Below, piece by piece: positions 28,814-39,150 of a DNA stretch of 64,000 bases. The notes below the pieces were generated by a model. That model had not been told where the DNA came from, did not search any database, and saw nothing but the letters and a program-made list of their open reading frames with translations. The first letter of the stretch is position 1, and the number at the start of each line of letters is the position of its first letter. A program made the translations under genes and the position numbers. The stretch spans positions 64,001 to 128,000 of the forward strand of contig CAVOYH010000002.1 in assembly GCA_963700635.1 (NCBI GenBank), given 5' to 3'. Source of the stretch: an uncultured Bacteroidota bacterium (GTDB lineage: Bacteria; Bacteroidota; Ignavibacteria; UBA10030; UBA6906).

Positions 28814-30111
28814 GCTGGATGGATATCTACCGGGAACGTACGGTCTCTCCGGAGAAGGCCGCGGCCGTCATTCAATCCGGCTTCCGCATTTTCCTTACCG
28901 GGAACTGCTCCGTCCCGCAAAAAGTCCTTGCCGCGTTCGTGGCCCGCGCAAAGAGTCTGCAGAATGTCGAAATCGTCCAGGTCCTCACCATCGGTAACGC
29001 AGACTATGTTGCACCCGAGATGGCCGGGCACATCCGCGTGAACACGTTGTTCATCAGCGACAATGTGCGGCAGGCGGTCAACGAGGGGAGAGCAGACTTC
29101 ACCCCCTGCTTCCTTTCCGAAATCCCGGGGCTCTTCAAGAATGGCTACCTCCCGCTGGATGTGGCGATGATACACGTCAGCCCTCCTGATGAACACGGTT
29201 TTTGCTCTTTCGGGGTCGAGGTGGGCGTCACAAAGACTGCAGCACAATCCGCGCGGGTGGTGATCGCCGAAGTGAATCCGAATATGCCACGAACACTCGG
29301 GGACTCATTCATCCACGTCTCGAAGATTAATTTTATCGTGCCCGTGGAGTATGCACTCCCCGAAACACCCATGGGCGGGAGCTCGGAGATTTCCGAGCGG
29401 ATCGCAAAATATATCGCCGGTATGATCCCCGATGGAGCCACCCTGCAGATGGGTATCGGCGGAATTCCGGATGCGGTTCTCCATCAGCTGATGAACCACA
29501 AGCATCTGGGTGTGCACACAGAGATGTTCTCCGATGGTATCATCGACCTCGTCGAGAGGGGCGTCATTGACGGTGAAATGAAAACGCTCCACCCCGGAAA
29601 AATTGTTGCGGGATTTATGCTCGGGACAAAGCGCCTCTACGACTTTGTCCATGATAATCCGGTCGTGGAATTACATCCCACGGAATATGTGAATGATCCC
29701 TTTGTCATTGCCCAGAACGCGAAGGCCGTGGCGATTAACAGCGCCATCGAAGTGGATCTGACGGGCCAGGTGTGTTCGGACAGCATCGGCCCGCGGTTCT
29801 ACAGCGGTGTAGGCGGACAGGTTGATTTTATCTACGGCGCGTCGCGAAGCAAAGGCGGGATTCCGATCATCGCACTGCCGTCCACCGCACAAGTGAAAGG
29901 GATCCCGACCAGCAAAATTGTTCCCGCAATCAAACTCGGGGGTGGTGTGGTCACGACGCGTAATCATGTGCGCCTCGTGGTGACGGAACATGGTGTGGCC
30001 GACCTCTACGGAAAACGGGTGCGCGACCGGGCAAGGGCATTGATCAGCATCGCGGCCCCTGAGTTCCGCGAGGAGCTTGAGAAGAACGCGCGCGAACTGA
30101 AATACCTGTGA
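28810..30111 (+). CDS. Acetyl-CoA hydrolase/transferase (4-hydroxybutyrate CoA-transferase-like)
   Basis: 'LQMGIGGIP', 'GVHTEM', 'SGVGGQVDF', 'VTEHGVA', 'RARALISIA'. ATGA overlap with ald. Confidence 0.92.
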   Translation: MSWMDIYRERTVSPEKAAAVIQSGFRIFLTGNCSVPQKVLAAFVARAKSLQNVEIVQVLTIGNADYVAPEMAGHIRVNTLFISDNVRQAVNEGRADFTPCFLSEIPGLFKNGYLPLDVAMIHVSPPDEHGFCSFGVEVGVTKTAAQSARVVIAEVNPNMPRTLGDSFIHVSKINFIVPVEYALPETPMGGSSEISERIAKYIAGMIPDGATLQMGIGGIPDAVLHQLMNHKHLGVHTEMFSDGIIDLVERGVIDGEMKTLHPGKIVAGFMLGTKRLYDFVHDNPVVELHPTEYVNDPFVIAQNAKAVAINSAIEVDLTGQVCSDSIGPRFYSGVGGQVDFIYGASRSKGGIPIIALPSTAQVKGIPTSKIVPAIKLGGGVVTTRNHVRLVVTEHGVADLYGKRVRDRARALISIAAPEFREELEKNARELKYL

Positions 30112-30153
30112 CAGAATATTCGAAAAGAGTGTCAATCGTGCCGGACCTGCACC

Positions 30154-31899
30154 ATGGATAGAAAGGAAGTTTCACGTATTCTCGAGGAGATGGGAACTCT
30201 GCTGGAATTGCAGGGGGCCAATCCCTTTAAGTCCCGCGCATTTCATAATGCCGCACGGACACTCCAGGGAATGACCGAAGATCTTGCCGCCGCGGTGGAG
30301 TCCGGCACCATCAGGAAGGTGAAGGGCATTGGTGAGGGGATTTCGAAGGTTATCGGGGACCTGGTCTCGACCGGACACTCCAAAGACTACGATGAAGTCC
30401 GGAAAGGGATACCCGACGGCGTTCTGGAAATGTTGCGGATCCAGGGACTCGGGCCAAAAAAGATCAGAATTCTGCACGAAAAGCTGAAGATATCATCGAT
30501 CGACGAGCTGGAGGCGGCTGCCAGAAATGGCCGGTTGGCGGACCTGGATGGTTTCGGGAAGAAAACTGAAGAGAACATTCTCACGGGAATTCAAGCGGTC
30601 CGGAGCCGAAGCGATAAATCCCTGTTTCCCGCGGCGGAACAGGCGGCGCAGCAGATTCTTGCGAGTCTCGCGGAAGAGCGTGGAATCCTCCGCTCCTCAG
30701 TCGCCGGGAGCTTACGGCGCCGGAAGGAGATCATCGGGGATATCGATCTGCTCGTGAGTGCCACCGCGGCAGCCCGGAAAAAAATTATGTCCCGTTTTGT
30801 GTCGTTTCCCGATGTGGAACGGGTCATCGCACACGGAGAAACAAAATCCACCGTTGCACTGCGGCAGGGGATCAACTGCGACCTCCGGATTGTGACGGAC
30901 GATGAATTTCCCTTTGCGCTGAGTTATTTCACTGGCAGCAAAGAGCACAACGTGGAGATGCGCACCCGGGCAAAACGACTGGGATTGAGCCTGAATGAAT
31001 ACACGTTTTCGCCACTCGACGTAAAGGGGAAAAAGGCGGCAAAGATTCCGCGGGTGCGTTCGGAAGAAGACCTCTACAGGGTGCTGGGACTGTCGTATGT
31101 GCCTCCGGAACTGCGCGAACAGATGGGAGAGTTTGAAGCAGCGGAAAAGAACACCCTCCCTGAACTCGTCCAGGAATCAGACCTCCGGGGTACCCTCCAT
31201 TGCCATACGACCGCCAGCGATGGAGATCATACGCTCAAGCAAATGGTTGATGCTGCAAGAACCTACGGGTGGGAGTACCTCGGGATCGCCGATCACAGTA
31301 AGGCAGCGTCGTACGCGGGGGGACTCACTCCTGATGACGTGCGCCAGCAGATCCGCGCAATTGATACGCTTAATGAGGAGATGGACGGATTTACGGTACT
31401 GAAGGGGACGGAGTGCGATATTCTTGCGGATGGATCGCTGGATTGGCCGGAAAAGATCCTCGCTCTTTTTGACTATGTCGTCGTATCAGTACACAGTCAG
31501 TTCAGAATGACCGAAGCGGAGATGACCAGGCGGGTTGTCACGGCCCTGCGGCATCCCCGCGTTACGATGCTGGGTCACCCGACCGGCCGGCTGCTGCTCT
31601 CCCGTGACCCTTATCCCATCGATATGGTGCAGGTGATCAGGGCCGCCGCCGATTATGGCAAGGCCATCGAAATAAATGCGCACCCCATGCGGTTTGATCT
31701 TGACTGGCGTCTGTGTAAATTCGCAAAGGAGCAGGGTGTGAAGATTTTTATCAACCCCGACGCGCACAACATGGATGGACTACGGGATACCCTGTACGGT
31801 GTCGGCATTGCACGAAAGGGGTGGCTCACAACGGCGGATGTGGTGAACACATGGCCAACCGCAGAGGTGAAAAAATATCTTAACGGGAGAGGGAGGTGA
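30154..31899 (+). CDS. polX: DNA polymerase X / PHP 3'-5' exonuclease
   Basis: HhH motifs (KGIG, GLGPK), 'AGSLRR', 'GDIDLL', 'DLR', 'FTGSK'. PHP motifs HCHT..SDG, DHS, EIN, PDAH. Confidence 0.96.
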   Translation: MDRKEVSRILEEMGTLLELQGANPFKSRAFHNAARTLQGMTEDLAAAVESGTIRKVKGIGEGISKVIGDLVSTGHSKDYDEVRKGIPDGVLEMLRIQGLGPKKIRILHEKLKISSIDELEAAARNGRLADLDGFGKKTEENILTGIQAVRSRSDKSLFPAAEQAAQQILASLAEERGILRSSVAGSLRRRKEIIGDIDLLVSATAAARKKIMSRFVSFPDVERVIAHGETKSTVALRQGINCDLRIVTDDEFPFALSYFTGSKEHNVEMRTRAKRLGLSLNEYTFSPLDVKGKKAAKIPRVRSEEDLYRVLGLSYVPPELREQMGEFEAAEKNTLPELVQESDLRGTLHCHTTASDGDHTLKQMVDAARTYGWEYLGIADHSKAASYAGGLTPDDVRQQIRAIDTLNEEMDGFTVLKGTECDILADGSLDWPEKILALFDYVVVSVHSQFRMTEAEMTRRVVTALRHPRVTMLGHPTGRLLLSRDPYPIDMVQVIRAAADYGKAIEINAHPMRFDLDWRLCKFAKEQGVKIFINPDAHNMDGLRDTLYGVGIARKGWLTTADVVNTWPTAEVKKYLNGRGR

Positions 31900-31906
31900 C
31901 GATCCT

Positions 31907-32530
31907 ATGCGAATGAACGGACGTGCGTCCTGGGGTATTATCCTTATTGCCGCCGGGGTCTTCTTTTTGCTGGACGGTCTGCAGGTGCTGGATGCAGGGG
32001 AATTTTTTGCCAAGTTCTGGCCGGTCCTCCTCGTCATATGGGGCGCATGGTTACTCCTGCGACCAAAGAGCAGTGGGAACGAGGAGATGCGTGCCAGCGG
32101 ACCCCTCGCGGATGTCGGCATCGGCCAGCGGATCGAAGATTCATCAGCAGAAAAGACTAAAATGTCAAATGTCTTCGGAGATGTACAGACACGCATCACC
32201 TCCACGTCGTTCTCCGGCGGATCACTTTCTACCGTATTCGGGGATGTTGAGGTCAACCTGACCGGGGCAGCGCTTGCCGCCGGAGAACAGGTGCTCAAAC
32301 TGGATACGGTGATGGGCGAGATCGAGGTTCGTCTGCCGCGTGAGATGGCGTTCTCTGTCACGGGTGATGCCGTGCTCGGAAAAGTAAAGGCGGTAACGGA
32401 AACGCGGAACGGATTCTTTCCGGCGTTGGACTATGCTTCGCCCGGGTACAAAGAAGCATCCCGGCGTATCCGCATTGATGCATCGGTTGTGTTCGGGGAG
32501 ATTGTGATCACGTATGGGACGGGACAATAA
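31907..32530 (+). CDS. LiaF-like cell-wall-antibiotic response membrane protein
   Basis: 'WGIILI..G..FLL', 'FWPVLL', C-terminal 'VFGD' repeat beta-helix. Confidence 0.82.
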   Translation: MRMNGRASWGIILIAAGVFFLLDGLQVLDAGEFFAKFWPVLLVIWGAWLLLRPKSSGNEEMRASGPLADVGIGQRIEDSSAEKTKMSNVFGDVQTRITSTSFSGGSLSTVFGDVEVNLTGAALAAGEQVLKLDTVMGEIEVRLPREMAFSVTGDAVLGKVKAVTETRNGFFPALDYASPGYKEASRRIRIDASVVFGEIVITYGTGQ

Positions 32531-32531
32531 T

Positions 32532-32828
32532 ATGCCGATTGTTCGGTTTGTGCCGCTCGGAAAAGAGCGTGAGGTTTCACGGGGCATGAGTATCCTCTCC
32601 GCAGCAAACCGGGCAGAAGTGCCGATCGGTCAGTCGTGCAGCGGCGACGGCACCTGCGGCTGGTGCCGCGTGTCGATCCTGGATGGTTTCGAACAGCTGG
32701 TTCCGCCGGGAGCGCTGGAGCGGCGCCTGATAGAGGAAAAGGAATTTCTGGCCAATGAACGGGCGGCATGCCTGGCCAAAGTAAACGGCGACATCACCAT
32801 CACAACAACATACTGGGGCCATGAGTAG
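32532..32828 (+). CDS. [2Fe-2S] ferredoxin (plant/adrenodoxin type)
   Basis: C-x5-C-x2-C…C ('SCSGDGTCGWC', 'RAAC'). Confidence 0.88.
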   Translation: MPIVRFVPLGKEREVSRGMSILSAANRAEVPIGQSCSGDGTCGWCRVSILDGFEQLVPPGALERRLIEEKEFLANERAACLAKVNGDITITTTYWGHE

Positions 32829-33183
32829 ATACAAACGACATATCTTCGTGTGCCTGAATGAGAGGCCGAAGGATCATCCGAAAGGGTGCTGCCTGACAAA
32901 AGAATCAGCCGGAGTCCGTGATGCGCTGAAGGCTGAACTCGTCACACGCAAAATCGCAGGGACGGTACGCGTCAACAACGCCGGTTGTCTGGATGCCTGT
33001 GCGTTTGGTCCGTCACTGGTTATCTATCCCGAGGGCATCTGGTACGGCGGCGTCACCAGGGATGATGTGGCTGAGATCGTAGAGCGGACACTCATCAATG
33101 GCGAGGTGATCGAGCGCCTGCTGATCCGTGATGAACGGTATAGACCACCCGGACTGCAGCTTACCCCGCTCGATTCGCTGTGA
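32821..33183 (+). CDS. Thioredoxin-like [2Fe-2S] ferredoxin
   Basis: 'HIFVC.NER', 'GCC', 'GCLDAC..GP', 'YPEGIWY'. Confidence 0.9.
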   Translation: MSRYKRHIFVCLNERPKDHPKGCCLTKESAGVRDALKAELVTRKIAGTVRVNNAGCLDACAFGPSLVIYPEGIWYGGVTRDDVAEIVERTLINGEVIERLLIRDERYRPPGLQLTPLDSL

Positions 33184-33207
33184 ACTATCGCGCGCGGACA
33201 ACACCGT

Positions 33208-33870
33208 ATGACACCAACCCGTAAATCTGGCAGGGAATCGCAGGAAGCCAGGCAGGAACGTGCGATCCGTATTCTGAAGACGCTTCGCAAGGAATTCCCG
33301 GAAGCACGTACTGCGTTGCTGCATCATTCTCCATTCCAACTCCTCATTGCGACCATCCTCTCCGCCCAGTGCACCGATCAGCGGGTGAATATGGTAACGC
33401 CCATTCTGTTTGACAGGTACAGGACTCCGTCTGACTTTGCTGCAGCCGATCCGGCGGAGCTGGAAGGAATTATTCGTTCTACCGGCTTCTTTCGGATGAA
33501 GACAAAAAACATCATAGCCTGCTCGATTGCTCTGGTGGAACGGTTTAACGGCGAGGTGCCTTCGCACCTGGATGCTCTGGTGACATTGCCCGGTGTGGGA
33601 AGAAAGACAGCCAATGTCGTGCTGGGTCAGGCCTTCGGGATTACGTCGGGCGTGGTGGTGGACACACATGTCCAGCGCCTGGCAAAAAGAATGGGATTCT
33701 CGAGCGAAAAGACTCCTGAGAAAATTGAACTGGATCTTATGGAAGTCTTCCCGAAACGAACCTGGGTCGAGATTTCATCAATACTGATTTTTCACGGCAG
33801 GCGGACCTGTCCCGCCCGGAAACCCAGGTGTGAAGTTTGTTCGATAGAGGAGCTGTGTCCGAAGTTGTAA
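33208..33870 (+). CDS. nth: Endonuclease III
   Basis: 'LSAQCTD', 'LPGVGRKTANV', 'VDTHV', C-x6-C-x2-C-x5-C. Confidence 0.96.
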   Translation: MTPTRKSGRESQEARQERAIRILKTLRKEFPEARTALLHHSPFQLLIATILSAQCTDQRVNMVTPILFDRYRTPSDFAAADPAELEGIIRSTGFFRMKTKNIIACSIALVERFNGEVPSHLDALVTLPGVGRKTANVVLGQAFGITSGVVVDTHVQRLAKRMGFSSEKTPEKIELDLMEVFPKRTWVEISSILIFHGRRTCPARKPRCEVCSIEELCPKL

Positions 33871-34050
33871 GATGGACGCTTTCAATTTCGTCGGACTCTC
33901 CCAGCGGATTCTCGGGTGTTGTAATCTTCAACACTCTCGCCAATTTTGCATATATAGGAACAGGTTTCTCCCTCCTTCTCATTGCTGCGAAAAACGATGT
34001 TTGATCGGGGTTCACTCCCTCAACTTTTTGCCCGTTTTGGCCACCGGGGT

Positions 34051-34065
34051 TGGCACACCTTCTGC
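34051..34065 (+). promoter_or_regulatory. Putative sigma54 (-24/-12) promoter of the hydrogenase operon
   Basis: TGGCAC-ACCTT-CTGC matches TGGCAC-N5-TTGC with exact GG/GC spacing, 54 nt before ATG 34120. Confidence 0.6.
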
Positions 34066-34119
34066 GTAAGAAACGTTATCCCCACAATATCCCTCCTACT
34101 TTTCGTTAGAGGTACGTGA

Positions 34120-35241
34120 ATGTTTATTGTAGAACTCAACGATCTTCAGGGACTTATCGATGCGTTACAGACTGGCGGATTCACCGTAATCGGTCCGACG
34201 GTCAGGGATGGGGCTATCACCTTTGATACTCTCAGTTCCGTTGATGAATTGCCGCGTGGATGGACGGACGTGCAGGAGGCAGGCTCATACGGAATCCGGC
34301 AGAGCGGAGATGATGCCCTGTTCAGCTTTACCGTAGGTCCACATTCCTGGAAGAAGTTTCTGTTTCCTGCCCGCCACCGTCTCTTTGCCGCACGGAAAGA
34401 GGGGAAGGGATTCGAAGTGGATCCTGCCCCTGCCGGGGGGTCACCAAAATTTGCGTTCCTTGGCGTACGGTCCTGTGAACTTGCTGCGATACAGATCCAG
34501 GACAAAGTGTTCATGAGTGGCGCGTATGCCGATATGCACTACACAACCCTGCGGAGCACGGTCTGTATCATTGCCATTAATTGCGTGCACGTGGGAGGGA
34601 CATGCTTCTGCGACTCGATGGGTACAGGTCCGCATGCAAAAACGGGTTTTGACCTTGCCCTTACGGAGATACTGAGAGACGGTCGGCACTACTTTTTGGT
34701 ACAGGTCGGGAGTACTCAGGGAAAGGAATTGCTGGACGCGGTAACCCATCGTGAAGCAGCGCAGGAGGAAAAAGAGCACGCGGAGGAGGCATGGAAGTCT
34801 GCGGAAGACCGGATGGGGCGGGTCCTCGAGACGCGTGATCTCCCGCGTACGCTGCAGGAGAACTTCGAGAATCCGCGCTGGGATGATATCGCAAAACGGT
34901 GTCTCTCGTGCGCGAACTGTACCATGGTGTGTCCGACCTGTTTCTGTTCGACGGTGGAGGATGTGACTGATCTGGCAGGAGAACGGGCGGAGCGCTGGCG
35001 GCGATGGGATTCCTGCTTCACATCCGATTTTACCAGGGTGGCGGGAGGCAACATCCGGATGTCAACCCGGACGCGATACCGTCAATGGTTGATGCACAAG
35101 CTCTCTTATTGGGTGGAACAATTCGGGACGTATGGATGCGTCGGGTGCGGCCGGTGTATCACATGGTGTCCAGTGGGAATCGATATCACAGCAGAGGCAA
35201 CGGCCATCTGCGAACACAGCATGTCCACAACAAACGGATAG
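34120..35241 (+). CDS. hydB: Group 3b [NiFe]-hydrogenase (sulfhydrogenase) beta subunit, 4Fe-4S dicluster
   Basis: 'CLSCANCTMVCPTCFC', 'RWDSC', 'RQWLMHK', 'GCVGCGRCITWCPVGID'. Confidence 0.92.
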   Translation: MFIVELNDLQGLIDALQTGGFTVIGPTVRDGAITFDTLSSVDELPRGWTDVQEAGSYGIRQSGDDALFSFTVGPHSWKKFLFPARHRLFAARKEGKGFEVDPAPAGGSPKFAFLGVRSCELAAIQIQDKVFMSGAYADMHYTTLRSTVCIIAINCVHVGGTCFCDSMGTGPHAKTGFDLALTEILRDGRHYFLVQVGSTQGKELLDAVTHREAAQEEKEHAEEAWKSAEDRMGRVLETRDLPRTLQENFENPRWDDIAKRCLSCANCTMVCPTCFCSTVEDVTDLAGERAERWRRWDSCFTSDFTRVAGGNIRMSTRTRYRQWLMHKLSYWVEQFGTYGCVGCGRCITWCPVGIDITAEATAICEHSMSTTNG

Positions 35242-35250
35242 GCATCGAGC

Positions 35251-35727
35251 ATGGAAAAAGAAGATCTCTCTGAAATCATGCGCCAGCATCCTTTCCTGGC
35301 CGGACTTTCGTTCGAGCATATGCAGACCCTGATAGGATGTGCGTCCAACGTGCGGTTTGCTGACGACACGACCATCATACACGAGGGCCAGATCGCGAAC
35401 AAGTTTTATCTCATTCGGAGTGGTCGTATCGCGCTCCAGATGGATGTTCCTGGGAAAGAGGCGCTCCGCATCCAAACTGTCGGTCCCGGCGAGATTCTGG
35501 GCTGGTCCTGGCTGATATATCCGTTCCGGTGGCATTTTAGCGGCATTGTTGTGCTGGAAACCCGCGCCATCGCTCTGGACGGTGAATGTTTGCGGAACAA
35601 ATGTGAGAAGGACAGCGCCTTCGGTTATGAGATGCTCAAGCGCCTCTCGCAGGTGATGGAACGGCGGCTCGACGCGACCCGCCTTCAGTTGATCGATCTG
35701 TATGACGTCACCTCGGGCGGAGTCTGA
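35251..35727 (+). CDS. Stand-alone cyclic-nucleotide-binding (Crp-like) domain protein, no HTH
   Basis: 'HPFL', 'HEG', 'FYLIRSG', 'GPGEILGWS'; 158 aa. Confidence 0.88.
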   Translation: MEKEDLSEIMRQHPFLAGLSFEHMQTLIGCASNVRFADDTTIIHEGQIANKFYLIRSGRIALQMDVPGKEALRIQTVGPGEILGWSWLIYPFRWHFSGIVVLETRAIALDGECLRNKCEKDSAFGYEMLKRLSQVMERRLDATRLQLIDLYDVTSGGV

Positions 35728-35729
35728 CG

Positions 35730-36590
35730 ATGAGCCGAAAGAACCAGGCCCTCGCGGCGGATGGAATGGATCCCATGACCACGCACCCCGTCATGATCCG
35801 CAAGATTATCTGGGAAAACGACGACACGTTCACCTTGACCCTGGATATGAGCGGATTTTCCGGAGGATTCCGTTTTCTTCCCGGACAGTTCAACATGGTC
35901 TATGTGTACGGCGTCGGGGAGGCGGCGATCTCCATCAGCTCTGACCCCGCCCGTCCGGGAACGCTTGACCACACGATTCACCGTGTTGGACTCGTGACGA
36001 CGGCGCTTGCCCAGAAGAAACGCGGCGATATCATCGGCATACGCGGACCATACGGATCAAGCTGGCCCATCGATGTCGCAGCCCGCAAGGACGTGTGCAT
36101 CACCTCGGGAGGGATCGGACTCGCGCCCCTCCGGCCGGTGATCTACTCCCTCATCAAAAAACGTGAAGATTACGGTCGAATCATCGTCCTCTACGGAGGC
36201 AGGAGTCCACTCGATCTCCTCTACCGGGTGGAACTCGAAAAATGGGCCAACGAGTACAAGGTGGAAGTTCTTGTCACCGTCGACCGGGGTGATTCATCCT
36301 GGAAGGGGCATATCGGCGTGGTGACGTCGCTTTTCCAATATATTAAGCTTGATGCCCGGGAAACGATCACGTATCTGTGCGGTCCGGAAATCATGATGAA
36401 ATACACGATCGACGAACTGGAACGGCGCGGTGTTCCGCAGGATCAGACGTACCTTTCGATGGAGCGGAATATGAAATGTGCCGTCGGATTCTGCGGTCAT
36501 TGCCAGTACGGTCCGACGTTTATCTGCAAAGAGGGTGCCGTGTATCCGCTTCCCCGGATACGCCATCTTCTGGACAGGAAGGAACTCTGA
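35730..36590 (+). CDS. hydG: Group 3b hydrogenase gamma subunit (FAD/NAD(P)-binding, 2Fe-2S)
   Basis: 'PGQFNM', 'RGPYG', 'GGIGLAP', 'CGPEIMM', '[14 protein letters not shown]'. Confidence 0.92.
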   Translation: MSRKNQALAADGMDPMTTHPVMIRKIIWENDDTFTLTLDMSGFSGGFRFLPGQFNMVYVYGVGEAAISISSDPARPGTLDHTIHRVGLVTTALAQKKRGDIIGIRGPYGSSWPIDVAARKDVCITSGGIGLAPLRPVIYSLIKKREDYGRIIVLYGGRSPLDLLYRVELEKWANEYKVEVLVTVDRGDSSWKGHIGVVTSLFQYIKLDARETITYLCGPEIMMKYTIDELERRGVPQDQTYLSMERNMKCAVGFCGHCQYGPTFICKEGAVYPLPRIRHLLDRKEL

Positions 36591-36591
36591 G

Positions 36592-37368
36592 ATGCCAGCG
36601 AAAAGACCGAAGCTCGCCGTATTCAAGTTCGCATCATGTGACGGATGCCAGCTTTCTCTTCTCGATTGTGAAGATGAACTGCTCGCCGTGGCCGGTGCGG
36701 TGGATATAGCAAATTTTCCGGAAGCATCACGCCGGGTGACAAAAGGCCCGTACGATATCGGACTGGTGGAGGGCAGTATCACTACCCCCCATGATGTGGA
36801 ACGGATCCGGGATATCAGGAAGTCCTGCAAGGTGCTCATCACCATAGGCGCCTGTGCAACCGCCGGTGGTATTCAGGCGTTACGAAACTGGAAGGATGTA
36901 AAAGAGTTCACCCGCCTTGTGTACGCCTCTCCCGAGTACATTTCCACACTGGACCGGTCGATGCCTGTGGGGTCGTACGTCCATGTCGATTTGGAACTCA
37001 GGGGATGCCCCATTAACAAATACCAGCTGCTCGAAGTGCTGAATGCAGCTCTCAACAACCGCAAACCGAACATCCCGACACACAGCGTTTGCATCGAGTG
37101 CAAACTGCGCGGAACCGTGTGCGTGATGGTCGCAAAGCAGATTGCCTGTCTCGGCCCGGTGACGCAGGTGGGCTGCGGAGCGATTTGCCCGGCGTATGAT
37201 CGTGGTTGTTATGGTTGTTTCGGGCCGATGGAAAATCCGAACCCTCCGGGCCTCAGCAAACAGCTCCATGTGCTGGGGAAAGACCGCGATGAGATCATGA
37301 TGATGTACCGTGGCTTTAACGCCTACGCGGAAGCCTTCCGGAAAGAGAGTGAAGTCCATGAAAAATAG
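36592..37368 (+). CDS. hydD: Group 3b hydrogenase small (delta) subunit
   Basis: 'SCDGC', 'VEGS', 'GACATAGG', 'GCP', 'VCIEC', 'CLGPVT', 'CYGCFGP'. Confidence 0.92.
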   Translation: MPAKRPKLAVFKFASCDGCQLSLLDCEDELLAVAGAVDIANFPEASRRVTKGPYDIGLVEGSITTPHDVERIRDIRKSCKVLITIGACATAGGIQALRNWKDVKEFTRLVYASPEYISTLDRSMPVGSYVHVDLELRGCPINKYQLLEVLNAALNNRKPNIPTHSVCIECKLRGTVCVMVAKQIACLGPVTQVGCGAICPAYDRGCYGCFGPMENPNPPGLSKQLHVLGKDRDEIMMMYRGFNAYAEAFRKESEVHEK

Positions 37369-38641
37369 AGTCATCAAGGTTGACACCCTGGCCCGGGTCG
37401 AAGGTGAGGGGGGTATATACATCAAGATCGCCGACGGGAAGATTACGGATACAAAAGTACGCATCTATGAACCACCCCGGTTTTTCGAGGCATTTATGCG
37501 CGGCCGCAGTTATGCTGAAGCCCCTGATATCACGGCGCGTATCTGCGGCATCTGTCCGGTCGCCTACCAGATGAGTTCGGTGCATGCCATGGAAGATGCC
37601 TTCGGGGTTTCGGTGGATGGCCAGCTCCGCGAATTACGCCGTCTGCTCTATTGCGGCGAATGGATCGAAAGCCATGTCCTGCATATCTACATGCTCCATG
37701 CCCCGGATTTCCTCGGGTATGAAGATGCGCTGCTTCTGGCGAAAGACAACCCTGCAGTCGTAAAAGATGCCCTCCGGATGAAAAAGATCGGGAATGACAT
37801 CGTGAACGTGCTCGGCGGACGCGAAATCCACCCTATCAATGTGAAAGTGGGCGGATTTTACCGGGTTCCGGAGAAACGAGAACTTCAGGGACTGGTGGAC
37901 GAGCTGAAATGGGGGAGGGACAAGGCAATAGATACCGCCAAGCTGACGTCAACGTTTGAATTTCCCGACCTCGAAGTGGACTACGAATTTGTTTCGCTCA
38001 GCCATCCGTCCGAATATCCCATGCTCGGCGACCGCTTTGTCTCGACCCGGGGTCTTGATATTGCGGTGCGGGAGTACGAATTCCATTTCGAGGAACGCCA
38101 TATCGGGCACTCCAACGCGCTCCATTCAATCCTGAAGGGATCCGGACCGTACCACGTCGGTCCGCTGGCACGGTACAACCTTAATGTTGACAAGCTTACA
38201 CCTCTTGCGCGGGAAGTTGCACGCGATGTGAACATTTTGCCGCCAGTTCACAACCCGTTCAAGAGTATCATCGTACGCAGCATTGAAACCATCTATGCCT
38301 TTGATCTCGCACTTCAGATTATTGACGAATATGAACGGCCGGACACGCCTTCCATTCCGGTGTCGCCTGTCCCGGGAATCGGATTCGGCGCCAGCGAGGC
38401 CCCGCGGGGAACCCTGTATCACCGCTACCGCCTGGATGATGAGGGGCTGATCACCGACGCCAAGATCGTCCCCCCGACAGCCCAGAATCTCCCCACTATA
38501 GAAGCGGACCTCCGGAAGTTCGTGACGGCCAATATTGACATGGATCGGGAACAGCTCACGTGGAAGGTGGAACAGGCTGTGCGCAATTATGATCCCTGCA
38601 TCTCCTGCGCCACACACTTCGTCAGGATTGAATGGACATAA
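37358..38641 (+). CDS. hydA: Group 3b [NiFe]-hydrogenase large (alpha) subunit
   Basis: 'RVEGEG', L1 'RICGIC', 'EAPRG', L2 'DPCISCATH' plus a short cleavable tail. Confidence 0.96.
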   Translation: MKNRVIKVDTLARVEGEGGIYIKIADGKITDTKVRIYEPPRFFEAFMRGRSYAEAPDITARICGICPVAYQMSSVHAMEDAFGVSVDGQLRELRRLLYCGEWIESHVLHIYMLHAPDFLGYEDALLLAKDNPAVVKDALRMKKIGNDIVNVLGGREIHPINVKVGGFYRVPEKRELQGLVDELKWGRDKAIDTAKLTSTFEFPDLEVDYEFVSLSHPSEYPMLGDRFVSTRGLDIAVREYEFHFEERHIGHSNALHSILKGSGPYHVGPLARYNLNVDKLTPLAREVARDVNILPPVHNPFKSIIVRSIETIYAFDLALQIIDEYERPDTPSIPVSPVPGIGFGASEAPRGTLYHRYRLDDEGLITDAKIVPPTAQNLPTIEADLRKFVTANIDMDREQLTWKVEQAVRNYDPCISCATHFVRIEWT

Positions 38642-39150
38642 CGGGACCCATACTGCTTATCGGCGTGGGAAACGAGTACCGCACCGATGACGGGCTTGGC
38701 ATTCTGGCTGCACGGGAGATCCGGAGGCGAAACTACGCCGGCGTGTGTGTGCTCGAAGCAAGCGGTGAAGGGGCCGCTCTTCTGGAATCCTGGAAAGGGT
38801 ACGACCGCGTGCTGATTGTGGACGCGATTTGCTCCGGCGCCACCAAGGGGACGGTGCATCGTATCGACCTGGCGACCAAGAATATTAAGCGCGGGTTCCT
38901 CTCTCACTCCAGCCATAGTTTTGGCGTGGGTGAGGCGGTCGAGATGGCTCGACAGCTTCATCAGCTCCCGCCCATTCTCCTTCTGTATGGTATCGAAGGA
39001 TGCCAGTTTGATGCCGGGTCCGGACTGACAAACGACGTGGTCCGCAGCATCCCGCGATTACTCGGACTCATTGAAGCCGACATCGTCCGGCTTGACACAC
39101 GTTCACTTCCATCAACGGAGAGATCTCATGACACGGCAGGAAGCATTTGA
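38632..39150 (+). CDS. Hydrogenase maturation protease
   Basis: '[13 protein letters not shown]', 'IVDA', 'SSH'. Confidence 0.92.
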   Translation: MDITGPILLIGVGNEYRTDDGLGILAAREIRRRNYAGVCVLEASGEGAALLESWKGYDRVLIVDAICSGATKGTVHRIDLATKNIKRGFLSHSSHSFGVGEAVEMARQLHQLPPILLLYGIEGCQFDAGSGLTNDVVRSIPRLLGLIEADIVRLDTRSLPSTERSHDTAGSI

